From Bermanella sp. (GTDB lineage Bacteria > Pseudomonadota > Gammaproteobacteria > Pseudomonadales > Oceanobacteraceae): a stretch of DNA of 37,671 nt. A program made the translations under genes and the position numbers. This document shows, piece by piece, positions 18,700 to 30,262 of this stretch. Location of the stretch: NCBI GenBank assembly GCA_041546605.1, contig JBFEWA010000001.1:1-37671 (forward strand). The letters are read 5' to 3'. Numbering within the stretch: position 1 is the first letter of the stretch; each line of letters starts with the position of its first letter. The notes beneath the pieces were generated by a model, which ran no database searches, was not told the origin of the DNA, and saw only the letters and a list, made by a program, of their open reading frames with translations.

Positions 18700-20223
18700 A
18701 TGTTCATTTCAAACCTCATTCCCGGCGAACCAGTCTTAAGCTGGTTACTGGTGATCATTGCCGCCAACCTCATTTTGTATTTTATTCGTCAAAGCGCCCA
18801 TGAGTTATTGGATAATCTCACGCAGATGATTATCCAAAATCTAAAGTTGCTCAGCCATGCCTTGGTGAAAACCGCCAAGCATATGAATCGCCGTAATCGT
18901 GAAGTATTACTGGAACACGGCAAGCAACAGGCGGAACGGGAATTAGAGCGCCAGTTCATTCGCCTTGGAAACCTGGTTGAAAAAGACCTTGCTCGCTACC
19001 CCACGATCCAGCGCAACATTGAGCAAAATATTTCACACATGGAAGACAAGCTCTCGCAAACCTCAGAAGTGCCCGCCCCATTACCCGAATGGACCGAAGC
19101 CGTTGAATCCATCACCCGCTTAAAAGACACCACGAAAAACGATGCCGTAGTGGGCAAACTGCTACAAGCTATATATGAAGCCTTCCATAAACAACAAGGG
19201 GAAGTATTAGGCACGTATCGTCAAGACATTGCCAAGCGTCATAACTTATTAAAAGGTGCCATGGGACATTGGCGCCACCTGATTCATAAAATCAGTCACT
19301 TGCATAAACAGTGGCAACACCTAAACGATCAAGCGCAAAAAATTGATTTACAAGTAGAACGCTTTGAAAACATGGTGCAAGGCACAGACAAAGCCGAGCG
19401 CTTACTCAAGGCCAGCAACACCACACAATTTGTTATTTCGTTAGTGGTTATGGTCATTGCCGGATTTGGTGCGTTTGTAAACTACAACCTCATTGCCCTG
19501 CCCATGTCCGAGCTGATGCCAGCCACTTCGCAAGTGGCCGGTTATAACGTAGCCGATATAGGTGCGGCGGTGATCATCATGTTAGAAATCACCGTGGGCT
19601 TATTTTTTATGGAAGCCATTGGCATCACACGCCTTTTTCCTGTGATTCATTTCATGGAAGATAAAAAACGCATGATCTGGGCTTGGGTGTGTATTACCTT
19701 TTTATTAGCACTATGTGGTGTGGAAGCCGGTCTTGCTTACATGCGCGAAACCATGGTGGCGGATAAAGCCATGCTCACCAGTTTCTTGGTAGGCGGAGAA
19801 CAAGCGGCGAGTACAGCTGCGGCGGCCGAGCACAGCAATATTCCTATGATTGGGCAAATGACTCTGGGCTTTGTATTGCCTTTAATACTCATGTTTGTGG
19901 CGATACCGTTTGAATCCTTCATTCATTCTGGTCGTCACGTGGTTGGCGGTGTGGTTGTGAACGTGTTGATTTTTGTTAGCACCGCCCTAAGAAGCCTCGC
20001 GGTATTCATGAAGCAGTTTAACCACAGCCTTAAACACGTATACGACATTTTATGCTTTGCGCCGCTTTGGGTCGTCAACCTGATTGAGAACAAACCCAAA
20101 TCCCTAAAGACGCCAAAAGACAAAAGCGATCAAGGCCAATTAGCCATTGAAAGCGATGAAAGTGAAAGCGCCAAAGGTAAAAAGAAAGACGCGGCTATTC
20201 CTTTAAATCAAGAAGTGAAGTGA
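18700..20223 (+). CDS. Uncharacterised multi-pass membrane protein with long coiled-coil region
   Basis: One N-terminal TM, about 200 aa helical/coiled segment, 4-5 C-terminal TMs, charged tail; AAGGAA RBS before ATG 18700 (TTG 18694 is an alternative start). Confidence 0.85.
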   Translation: MFISNLIPGEPVLSWLLVIIAANLILYFIRQSAHELLDNLTQMIIQNLKLLSHALVKTAKHMNRRNREVLLEHGKQQAERELERQFIRLGNLVEKDLARYPTIQRNIEQNISHMEDKLSQTSEVPAPLPEWTEAVESITRLKDTTKNDAVVGKLLQAIYEAFHKQQGEVLGTYRQDIAKRHNLLKGAMGHWRHLIHKISHLHKQWQHLNDQAQKIDLQVERFENMVQGTDKAERLLKASNTTQFVISLVVMVIAGFGAFVNYNLIALPMSELMPATSQVAGYNVADIGAAVIIMLEITVGLFFMEAIGITRLFPVIHFMEDKKRMIWAWVCITFLLALCGVEAGLAYMRETMVADKAMLTSFLVGGEQAASTAAAAEHSNIPMIGQMTLGFVLPLILMFVAIPFESFIHSGRHVVGGVVVNVLIFVSTALRSLAVFMKQFNHSLKHVYDILCFAPLWVVNLIENKPKSLKTPKDKSDQGQLAIESDESESAKGKKKDAAIPLNQEVK

Positions 20224-20228
20224 TAACA

Positions 20229-20867
20229 ATGAAACAGTTACTGATCACCCTAAGCATTGTGTTTGCACTCAGCGCGTGTACCGAACAAAAGCCCACCACT
20301 GGGCTGTACCTATTGTTGGATACATCTGGCACTTACACAAAAGAGCTAAAAAAAGCCCAACAAATTATTCATTACTATTTAGCGCAATTAGAACCTGGCG
20401 ATAGCTTCGCGGTGGCTCGCATTGATAGCGGCAGCTTTTCAGAAACCGACATCATCGCCAAAGTCACCTTTGATCACCGCCCTAGTCGCGCCAATGAACA
20501 AAAGCGCGTATTCAGCGCCACTATCTCTAAGTTCATTGAAACCGTGCAAAGCAGTGCCTACACAGATATTAGCGGCGGTTTATTGTTAGCGAAGGAATAT
20601 CTGAACGAAACCGGCGCGGATAAAAAATACATAATGGTGTTCTCCGACATGCAAGAAGAGCTGCCAAAAGGTTTCAAGCGTGATTTTGAATTAAGTTTGC
20701 CAGACTATGAAGTGATCGCCCTCAACGTCACCAAGTTGCGCAGTGATAACCAAGACCCAGCCCAATACATGCAACGCCTTAAAGATTGGCAGCAACGCAT
20801 TGAACAAAGCGGTGGCAAATGGCGCATGATTAATGACCTTGAGCGCGAGCAATCGTTAGCGCTATAA
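20229..20867 (+). CDS. vWA-domain lipoprotein
   Basis: Lipobox LSAC; MIDAS-like LLDTSGT, YTDISGG and VFSDM. Confidence 0.85.
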   Translation: MKQLLITLSIVFALSACTEQKPTTGLYLLLDTSGTYTKELKKAQQIIHYYLAQLEPGDSFAVARIDSGSFSETDIIAKVTFDHRPSRANEQKRVFSATISKFIETVQSSAYTDISGGLLLAKEYLNETGADKKYIMVFSDMQEELPKGFKRDFELSLPDYEVIALNVTKLRSDNQDPAQYMQRLKDWQQRIEQSGGKWRMINDLEREQSLAL

Positions 20868-20898
20868 GCTCAATAGAAAACATAAAAACTTGAATCAA

Positions 20899-20927
20899 TA
20901 AAAAAGGGCCTTACGGCCCTTTTTTAT
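20899..20927. terminator. Bidirectional Rho-independent terminator
   Basis: taaaaaagggcc-ttac-ggcccttttttat between convergent genes. Confidence 0.9.
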
Positions 20928-20958
20928 ACTTCAAATTTTTATCTTAACTTTATATTGT

Positions 20959-21582
20959 TTACTTTTTATTTTGCTTCTTTAAATACATAGCATGACTACC
21001 CGCCAGTACCATGCGCAATTCAATATTCAGTTTACGCACCAGATTTTTACGCTCATCTTCATTCATGCCTAACGCCATCACCCCTTGGCTAAACACCAGC
21101 ATCACCATCATTTCCGCTACTTCAGGGATATTCGCTAACGGCTGGCGCTCCATTTGCTCCGGCGAGCTTAAATCATCGGTGAGTTCTTCAGCAAAGCGGC
21201 GGGTTTCGCGGGCGATGGATTCACGAAACGGTTTGGGGCCAGAGGCCACATCACTATTAATTAGACGAATGAGGTTGGGATAGTTCTCAACAAACTCCAT
21301 GAAGGTGTCCACAGAGGTGCTCACCACAGAGCCTTTCACCTTCACCCGATGACGGGCTTGTCGCATCAATTGGCGCAAAATCAAACTCACTTGATCCACC
21401 AAGGCCAGACCTAAATCTTCCATGTCCACAAAGTGTCGATAGAAGGTAGCAGGGGCAATGCCCGCTGCACGGGTGACTTCGCGCAAGCTTAAGGCGGGAA
21501 ACCCCTTGTCTTTACTAAGATCGAGTGCGGCGTCAATGATGGACTGGCGGGTTCGTAATTTTTGTTCTGCGCGGGTGCTCAT
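20959..21582 (-). CDS. fabR: TetR-family transcriptional repressor, FabR-like
   Basis: RAEQKLRTRQSIIDAA, LSLREVTRAAGIAPATFYRHF..MEDLGLALVD and LRQLMRQAR. Confidence 0.85.
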   Translation of the reverse strand: MSTRAEQKLRTRQSIIDAALDLSKDKGFPALSLREVTRAAGIAPATFYRHFVDMEDLGLALVDQVSLILRQLMRQARHRVKVKGSVVSTSVDTFMEFVENYPNLIRLINSDVASGPKPFRESIARETRRFAEELTDDLSSPEQMERQPLANIPEVAEMMVMLVFSQGVMALGMNEDERKNLVRKLNIELRMVLAGSHAMYLKKQNKK

Positions 21583-21703
21583 GGGCTTAGCCTTGTCTGA
21601 ATCAAGCTATTGTAACCAGATCGACATAAAGCGCAAAAGCTTGTCTCTAGAGCCCATCCCTGCCCTATGTTAAGATGCGCCCTTTCTTTGGCGGCCCAAA
21701 TTC

Positions 21704-23582
<1,879 letters not shown>

Positions 23583-23594
23583 CAATTAAGCCTT

Positions 23595-24458
23595 ATGTTA
23601 ACGTGCCCAGTTTGTCAGCAGTCCCTTGTTTTGCATGACCGTCAATTACGCTGTGAAAATAACCACAGCTTTGACCGCGCCAAGCAAGGGTATTTTAATT
23701 TATTGCTCAACACCGCCAAGAACTCGAAACAACCAGGCGACAATGCCGCCATGGTGCAGGCGCGTTCTGCGTTTTTGAACGCCGGCCACTATCAAAGTAT
23801 TTCCGATACCATAAACCAGTTGGCCATTGACCATTTGTTACAGGGTGCCGATAGCGAGCAACATATTTTGGATTTAGGCTGTGGTGAAGGTTATTACAGT
23901 GAACGCTTGCACCAAGCATTAAGCGATCATCAAATTCCCCATACATTTTATGGTTTGGATATTTCCAAAGATGCCGCAAAAGCCACCTGCAAGCGCAGCA
24001 AAGACATGCACTGGCTGGTGGCCAATGCCAATCATGCGCCGTTTGCAGAACACAGCATGCAGCTGATCATTAACGTGTTTAATCGCATCATGCCAAAAGC
24101 ATTAGCCAAACTGTGTGCGCCAAATGGCCGAGTGTTGATTGCCAGTGCCGGTGCCTATCATTTACAACAGCTAAAAGAAGCCATCTATGCCACACCCAAA
24201 TTTGTGGAATACGATGCCATTGCGGCCATGGGCGAACACTTTGAGCACGAACAGCGCCATGTTTTAGACTTCACCATGAGTTTGAACCCAGACACCACGG
24301 CACACTTGTTAGCCATGACGCCCCATGTGTGGCGTTCCAGCCCAGAAACGCAACAAGGGCTATTGTCCCAAGCACCTCTGGACTTACGGGTACAAATCAA
24401 TTTAGATAGCTTTAAACCCATCCTCGAGAATCCCCAAGAGGATCACACTCAAGGGTAA
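23595..24458 (+). CDS. rlmA: 23S rRNA m1G745 methyltransferase-like (Zn finger plus SAM domain)
   Basis: CPVC...CENNHSFDRAKQGY, PGDN, LDLGCGEGYY and MTPH. Confidence 0.85.
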   Translation: MLTCPVCQQSLVLHDRQLRCENNHSFDRAKQGYFNLLLNTAKNSKQPGDNAAMVQARSAFLNAGHYQSISDTINQLAIDHLLQGADSEQHILDLGCGEGYYSERLHQALSDHQIPHTFYGLDISKDAAKATCKRSKDMHWLVANANHAPFAEHSMQLIINVFNRIMPKALAKLCAPNGRVLIASAGAYHLQQLKEAIYATPKFVEYDAIAAMGEHFEHEQRHVLDFTMSLNPDTTAHLLAMTPHVWRSSPETQQGLLSQAPLDLRVQINLDSFKPILENPQEDHTQG

Positions 24459-24471
24459 CGCCAATAAGGGA

Positions 24472-24768
24472 ATGAGCATGTTTATAGTGAGATGGCTTGG
24501 CAATTTAGCGCAAAATTATCAACGATGTTTTTTAATTTTTGCCACCGGCTTAATCATCTTCATGGTTGGTGTGGCGCTGTTTTATCTCAGCGCCAAACAC
24601 TATGATGCTCAACCATTATTAGCTGAATTACTAACACTGGTGTCTTTGCTGCTGTTTGTCATTGGCATCGTGACCGCCATGATAGGTTACCTGAGTTTGA
24701 CCTATTATCGCTGGTACCACTTTTTTAAAAAACGTAACACCACCCAGGGTGACGACAATCAGTCGTAA
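24472..24768 (+). CDS. Small 2-TM hypothetical membrane protein
   Basis: Two hydrophobic helices; AAGGGGA RBS. Confidence 0.7.
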   Translation: MSMFIVRWLGNLAQNYQRCFLIFATGLIIFMVGVALFYLSAKHYDAQPLLAELLTLVSLLLFVIGIVTAMIGYLSLTYYRWYHFFKKRNTTQGDDNQS

Positions 24769-24791
24769 ACCGGTTGTCCTATAGGTTAAAC

Positions 24792-25172
24792 ATGCGCTAT
24801 CCAGATATTGAAATTTACGCCAAAGACGTAACCTTTAAACAAGTGGAAGACTGGCTAAAAACCCACTTTGAAAATGTAGAACGTAAACATACCGAAACCA
24901 AAAAAAGCGAAGCCCGTAGCCACTGGTTAGTGGACGGCAGCGAAGTGATTACCTTTGGCAATGCCATTGGTAAATATTCCAGCATTTGGTTTAAACACAA
25001 CAACAGCCCATGGGATACGGATCTCGATTGCGCCCGTGTGGCCTGCAAAGAATTGAACACCCAAATTCGTTGTTCCAACAGCGGCTGGGAAGAAGGCCAA
25101 GGCCCAGAAAGCCAATGGTGGCGTGTGGTAGATGGCGAGGACGACATGTTAATTGAATGGCCTGAAAGCTAG
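24792..25172 (+). CDS. Conserved hypothetical protein (MRxPDIEIY type)
   Basis: MRYPDIEIY...SIWF....PWDTDLDCAR; likely ATG 24792. Confidence 0.75.
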   Translation: MRYPDIEIYAKDVTFKQVEDWLKTHFENVERKHTETKKSEARSHWLVDGSEVITFGNAIGKYSSIWFKHNNSPWDTDLDCARVACKELNTQIRCSNSGWEEGQGPESQWWRVVDGEDDMLIEWPES

Positions 25173-25311
25173 CGCACACTCTGTACTAGGGCGCTCTAGC
25201 GCCCGATCACTTACTAAAAAATAGAAAATTCCAGACTCAAATACTGTCCGCTCTTCCCCAAACCCTTTACAATTCCCCTCTCTTATCAACAAAAAAAGAA
25301 AAGGAAATTTC

Positions 25312-26247
25312 ATGCCCATCTCTATGAGTACTATTGTTGCAGGCATTGCGTTTTTATTCGTACTGGTTGTACTGAAAAAAAGCATCATCTTTGTACCGCA
25401 AAACCGCGCCTGGTTAATTGAGCGTTTTGGTAAGTATCATTCCACCAAAGAAGCGGGCCTTAACTTTATGGTGCCGTTTATCGATCAAATTGCCGCCGAT
25501 CGCAGCTTAAAAGAACAAGCCCAAGACGTGCCTAGCCAAACCGTAATCACCAAAGACAATATATCCCTAGTCGTAGACGGCGTATTGTATTTCCGTGTGC
25601 TCAACCCTTATGACGCCACTTACGGTGTGGACGACTACGCCTTTGCCGTGACTCAATTAGCGCAAACCACCATGCGTAGCGCCATTGGTAAATTAGATTT
25701 AGACCGCACCTTTGAAGAACGTGAAGCCTTAAACGCCGACATCGTTTCTTCCATTAACGAAGCCGCTGAGCCTTGGGGCATTCAATTACTGCGTTACGAA
25801 ATTAAAGACATTGTGCCACCACAATCCATCTTGGAATCCATGGAAGCGCAAATGAAGGCAGAACGTGTGAAGCGTGCGCAAATTCTAGAATCCGAAGGTG
25901 ACAAGCAATCCGCCATCAACGTGGCCGAAGGTCAAAAAGCGGCGCAAGTTTTAGCCGCCGAAGCGGAAAAAGCCGAACAAATTCTAAAAGCCGAAGGTGA
26001 AGCCCAAGCCATTCTCGCCGTAGCCGAAGCCCAAGCTCGTGCATTGAAAACCGTAGGTGATGCAGCCAAAACCGAAGAAGGTCAAAAAGCGGTGCAGTTG
26101 GATCTGGCCACCAAAGCCATCGAAGCACAAAAAGCCATTGCTAAAGAATCCTCTGTGGTTTTGTTACCAAGTGGTGAAACACAAGCGAGCTCCCTTGTGG
26201 CGCAATCTATGGCTATTATTAACAAGATTAACGAGCAAAAAGGCTAA
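25312..26247 (+). CDS. SPFH/band-7 (stomatin-like, QmcA-like) protein
   Basis: ERFGKY, ITKDN, QLAQTTMRSAIG, WGIQLLRYEIKDI and AEGE/AEA coiled coil. Confidence 0.95.
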   Translation: MPISMSTIVAGIAFLFVLVVLKKSIIFVPQNRAWLIERFGKYHSTKEAGLNFMVPFIDQIAADRSLKEQAQDVPSQTVITKDNISLVVDGVLYFRVLNPYDATYGVDDYAFAVTQLAQTTMRSAIGKLDLDRTFEEREALNADIVSSINEAAEPWGIQLLRYEIKDIVPPQSILESMEAQMKAERVKRAQILESEGDKQSAINVAEGQKAAQVLAAEAEKAEQILKAEGEAQAILAVAEAQARALKTVGDAAKTEEGQKAVQLDLATKAIEAQKAIAKESSVVLLPSGETQASSLVAQSMAIINKINEQKG

Positions 26248-26249
26248 CC

Positions 26250-26702
26250 ATGGATTTCATTGCCCAAAACCTATCAGAAAGCTTAATCGTCGCCGGTATC
26301 GCCTTACTGATTCTTGAAGTGGCCATATTGGGCTTTGCCACCTTTGTGTTGTTCTTCATGGGCTGCTCCATGGTGCTAACCGGCTTACTCATGCAGTTTG
26401 GTGTACTCGAGGCCACCTACCTCACTGCATTTTGGAGCAATGCCATTGTCACGGGTATTTTGGCAGCACTACTATGGAAGCCTCTTAAGCGCAGCCAACA
26501 AAGTGCCGGACAAAGCAAAGACACCACTAACACTTTGGAGCATCAATTCGTACTCGAAGACGATACCGATGCACAGGGCTTAACCTTTCATCAATATTCC
26601 GGTATTAAATGGAAAGTAAAAAGCCAACAGCCTTTGACCAAAGGCACCTTGGTAAAAGTGGTGAAAGCCGATGTGGGCGCGCTTTGGGTAGAAGCGGTTT
26701 AA
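26250..26702 (+). CDS. NfeD-family membrane protein
   Basis: Three TMs plus C-terminal OB-like region (SGIKWKV..L..G..VKV); follows the SPFH gene. Confidence 0.85.
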   Translation: MDFIAQNLSESLIVAGIALLILEVAILGFATFVLFFMGCSMVLTGLLMQFGVLEATYLTAFWSNAIVTGILAALLWKPLKRSQQSAGQSKDTTNTLEHQFVLEDDTDAQGLTFHQYSGIKWKVKSQQPLTKGTLVKVVKADVGALWVEAV

Positions 26703-26739
26703 ATATCCAAGCACCGTTTAAAAATCTAAACTAACAGAC

Positions 26740-26774
26740 AAAAATAAACCCGCTCTAGGCGGGTTTATTTTTTT
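26740..26774. terminator. Bidirectional Rho-independent terminator
   Basis: aaaaataaacccgc / gcgggtttattttt inverted repeat. Confidence 0.9.
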
Positions 26775-26787
26775 AGGCATAACTTAA

Positions 26788-28539
26788 TTAAGCGGCCGGA
26801 GATTGACTGGCTCTTTCACATTTCACATCAGAGTCGCTGAAGAACAGACCACTATCCGAAGGTAGTGTCGAGTTCAAGTATTCAAAAATTAAATATCCAA
26901 TACCATCTTGAGACACATTTCCATAAGTAAAGATATTACCATCTAAATCCTCTAATACTTCACCATTATCACCATAAGTGACTGAAGTCATTAATTCAGA
27001 TTCTGGCGTTCCATCTGCATTTGTATCATAAGCATTTTCAATTTTGGCCAAACCGGCATCTGAGTATGTGAAAAAAGAAGTGACTTTCGAGTCGATTGTA
27101 TCGTTTGCATCAGTATCCTTATTAATGCGGCATTGCAATATACGACCTTCAGTATCATAACTGATATTTAGTGTCTCAACATTGGTGGCTACATCTTCAC
27201 TCGTTAATTGACGAACGACTTTTTTCTCTAAAACGCCATCACGTAGGCTTTCAATGATTTCTTCTTTTGAGCCGTTATCCTTTGTATAGGTTCGAGTAAT
27301 GATTTCTAAACCAGCCATTGGACTATAAGAATATGCATAACTTGATTGGGTATTCGAGTTCGTATTTTCATAATTACGCGTATACAATTTCCCAGACGGA
27401 TCATAAATGATCTCTGAACCATATTCGAAGGCCTCATTTAATGGCGATGAGCCGCTGTATCTAGCTAACGACGTTATTTGAAAGTCATCATTATATGTTC
27501 TGCGATCAGAGTATGATCCTGTCATAACAGGCCCTGACATTAAATTTGAGAATGAAATAGTAGCCTCTGACGTCAAATACACCTTATCGTCTACATAGTC
27601 ATTGGTTTGGATCGCATAGCTTTGAATCTCGGTGGTAGAGCCAAGCTTATAGGTATCGGTACGCTGGGATTCTAATAATCCAAAATCCGTGTAGGTAGTA
27701 GTGATCGCTTTTTTAAACGGGCTATAGCTGCTGGATTCGCCGTACGGTGATACATTCAGTTCTTCTAAAGAAACGTCACCGCTCACATCCGAATAAGAAT
27801 AAGAATATTCAGTGACGGAATCGGATGTTTGCTGCTCTGACGTACCTGACAACTTACCTTGAGCATTATAGGTATAGCTGACTTCACCATTCTTAGAAAC
27901 ACGCTCAGGGACAGACAGTGAAATACCCGCATGATCATAAGCTTCGCGTAATGGACGAGCGGCATCCATTCCTAAAGAAATACCGGTTTCATGCTGGAAC
28001 GCCTTCGCATCATCATTGAATGCAAACTCATACAAATTTGTTTCTAGGTTTAGATTCAATCCAGCAAGTTTGTCACGCTGTGCTGTCACATCATAGCCAT
28101 TAGAACCATCGCCATCGTTATCTAGCGCGATCAATAATCGCATTAGGTTAGAAACGCGATGTAGCTGGTTATAGGTAGCCGTACCTTTTTCAATAAGAAA
28201 AGCCGTTTCAATACGCTCACGGGTATATTCTGGCATACGTAATGCTGCACGAACCGCCAAAGGCGTATCAGGTAAATCACTCAAACTTAAAACAGCCGCA
28301 AGATCGGTATTGCCCGCTGCAAATTCAGTAATGACCATATCACCAAGAGAAAGAGTGACGGTTTCACCCTTTTCATACTTATATTCACCTGTGGCGCTTA
28401 ATACGCCAGATTGACTCTCGGTTTTATAGTCTAAGCCAGCTAAGCCTTGAATCGTGCCAGTACTTGGGCCTGATGAGCCACTACCACAGGCAGCTAAAGC
28501 CGCTAGAGAGGTTATTGATAACGCTTTTTTCAACATCAT
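26788..28539 (-). CDS. Large putative surface lipoprotein with YD-like beta repeats and DxDxDG motifs
   Basis: Lipobox LAAC-GSGSSG; LDNDGDGSNG; repeated YTYNAQG, IYDPSG, SYDTEG, TYSDAG and TYGDNG. Confidence 0.8.
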   Translation of the reverse strand: MMLKKALSITSLAALAACGSGSSGPSTGTIQGLAGLDYKTESQSGVLSATGEYKYEKGETVTLSLGDMVITEFAAGNTDLAAVLSLSDLPDTPLAVRAALRMPEYTRERIETAFLIEKGTATYNQLHRVSNLMRLLIALDNDGDGSNGYDVTAQRDKLAGLNLNLETNLYEFAFNDDAKAFQHETGISLGMDAARPLREAYDHAGISLSVPERVSKNGEVSYTYNAQGKLSGTSEQQTSDSVTEYSYSYSDVSGDVSLEELNVSPYGESSSYSPFKKAITTTYTDFGLLESQRTDTYKLGSTTEIQSYAIQTNDYVDDKVYLTSEATISFSNLMSGPVMTGSYSDRRTYNDDFQITSLARYSGSSPLNEAFEYGSEIIYDPSGKLYTRNYENTNSNTQSSYAYSYSPMAGLEIITRTYTKDNGSKEEIIESLRDGVLEKKVVRQLTSEDVATNVETLNISYDTEGRILQCRINKDTDANDTIDSKVTSFFTYSDAGLAKIENAYDTNADGTPESELMTSVTYGDNGEVLEDLDGNIFTYGNVSQDGIGYLIFEYLNSTLPSDSGLFFSDSDVKCERASQSPAA

Positions 28540-28672
28540 GTCACCTTAGTTTTACATGCTTTTGCTTGTTTTATGAGCAACGCATACTAAGGGATCAAAA
28601 AGGGGAAACATATAGTGCAATTTAGGGTATTCCCCCACTTATTGGCCTACTAAGAGTACATACACATTCCAC

Positions 28673-28709
28673 AAAAAAGACCCTTAAGTCTTCACTTAAG
28701 GGCCTTTTT
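28673..28709 (-). terminator. Rho-independent terminator after the response regulator operon
   Basis: aaaaaagacccttaagt-cttc-acttaagggccttttt. Confidence 0.75.
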
Positions 28710-28731
28710 AAAATCACAGGTCATGATGCAA

Positions 28732-29901
28732 TCAGAACAAATCAATGGTATCCGTTGAGTCAACTCCGTCATCCGATTGTGATGCCGACATAGCATTGAT
28801 GGCTTCCATCTTTAAATGGATATTTTTAAGCTCTGACTGAATGGCTTTTAATAAATCCTCAGCAGACTGCATCTGCCTAGAGCCTTTTTCAACCATATTT
28901 GTAAAGTACACCTCTTGGTCATCGGTTAGATCTAATTGATGATAACTAGATGAGATATCCGCAATCATACCCGTCATAACTTGGTTCACGGTGATATTAT
29001 GCTTGGTTAGATTGTCATTAATCGTGGCGATGGCATCCCCTAAATCAATGGTGGCATCTAGAATAGCGCTTTTTACTTCTAACTCATCAATTTTAGATTC
29101 TATACCTTCTACCAATGCAGCTAAAAAATCTCTAGCTTGGCCAGCGGCATGTTCATCCTGTGGAAAGTTTTTGATTAAAAAGGATACGTTTCTGCCATTA
29201 ATCAGGATGCGCTTACCAAATTCATAAATCCGTCCATGGTTTTCAAGCACATCATAAATGCTTTTTTCAATAGGGCTTATATCACTCAAGTTAGAATCAA
29301 AATAATGCACATCTTTAAACATTAACTTAATGGTGGCGCTTAATTGAAAAAAGTTCATTGCTTCATAAAACAATAAAGCTATTTTTTCTGGGCTTTGGCA
29401 ATGGTTAAGTGATTTGAAAAAGTTCATGACATAACTGTATTGAGATGCCTGAGCCATGGCGATATTCGCCATCTTACGGGTCTCTACATCCGCTTCTTTT
29501 AATTTTTTCAAGTTCTTTTGTTGACCCACATACTCAATTGTACGGGCTATGCGAGAGTTTAACTCACTCAACTCAAAAGGTTTGGCGATAAAATCATCCG
29601 CACCTAATTCAAACGACTTCAAACGGCTAGATACATTCTCATCACCAGAGATGATAAATATTGCAAAATCACGCTCATCCTTAAGCGCTTGTAATTTAGC
29701 GCATACATCAAAGCCGCTCATGTCTGGCAAGTTCAAATCTACGATCACTAATATAGGATCACAATCACTTTCGAAGCGATCTAAACCTTCTTTCCCGGTA
29801 TATGTTAATACACAGTCAAAGTCCGGAGACAAAACTTCTGAAATTAACTGACAGTAATCACTATCGTCATCAATTACTAAAATTTGGTTATGGATAGTCA
29901 T
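28732..29901 (-). CDS. Response regulator: REC plus uncharacterised helical C-terminal domain
   Basis: VIDDD, IVDLNLPDMSG and GADDFIAKP; no HTH, GGDEF or EAL motif recognised. Confidence 0.85.
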   Translation of the reverse strand: MTIHNQILVIDDDSDYCQLISEVLSPDFDCVLTYTGKEGLDRFESDCDPILVIVDLNLPDMSGFDVCAKLQALKDERDFAIFIISGDENVSSRLKSFELGADDFIAKPFELSELNSRIARTIEYVGQQKNLKKLKEADVETRKMANIAMAQASQYSYVMNFFKSLNHCQSPEKIALLFYEAMNFFQLSATIKLMFKDVHYFDSNLSDISPIEKSIYDVLENHGRIYEFGKRILINGRNVSFLIKNFPQDEHAAGQARDFLAALVEGIESKIDELEVKSAILDATIDLGDAIATINDNLTKHNITVNQVMTGMIADISSSYHQLDLTDDQEVYFTNMVEKGSRQMQSAEDLLKAIQSELKNIHLKMEAINAMSASQSDDGVDSTDTIDLF

Positions 29902-29926
29902 AAGCAGGTATCACTTGCATATTGAT

Positions 29927-30262
29927 TCATTTCAGCCTCTCTTCAATGATCTGGCTTACTTCACTCAAACTAAACGGTTTTGAAATTACGAGTGAAAACA
30001 GGTCATATTCTGGTAAATTCAATTCCCCTGTCACCAAAATTTTATCAATATCTTTATCCAGAACTTTGGCAACCATATTGCCTGTATGATCTTTCAATCT
30101 GTAATCAATAAAAATTATATCTGGCTTATTCTCAGCACAAGCCTGCACGGCATCATAGCAATCTACAAATGTGACAACCTCAATATCATCATTTTCAATG
30201 AAATCTTTGAAGACATTACATAACTCCGCTTCATCATCAAGGTAATAGACTAATTTCTTCAT
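29927..30262 (-). CDS. Stand-alone receiver (REC) protein
   Basis: YLDDE, FIDYRL, LVTG and SKPF; start overlaps the kinase stop. Confidence 0.85.
   Translation of the reverse strand: MKKLVYYLDDEAELCNVFKDFIENDDIEVVTFVDCYDAVQACAENKPDIIFIDYRLKDHTGNMVAKVLDKDIDKILVTGELNLPEYDLFSLVISKPFSLSEVSQIIEERLK

Noticed and set aside
25187-25204. tagggcgctcta 12-mer also present near 32197, as possible island att sites
   Set aside because: Too short, does not match the compositional boundaries, and no recombinase is present
26788-28539. Rhs/YD polymorphic toxin
   Set aside because: No PxxxxDPxG cleavage motif, toxin domain or immunity gene; it has a lipoprotein signal instead
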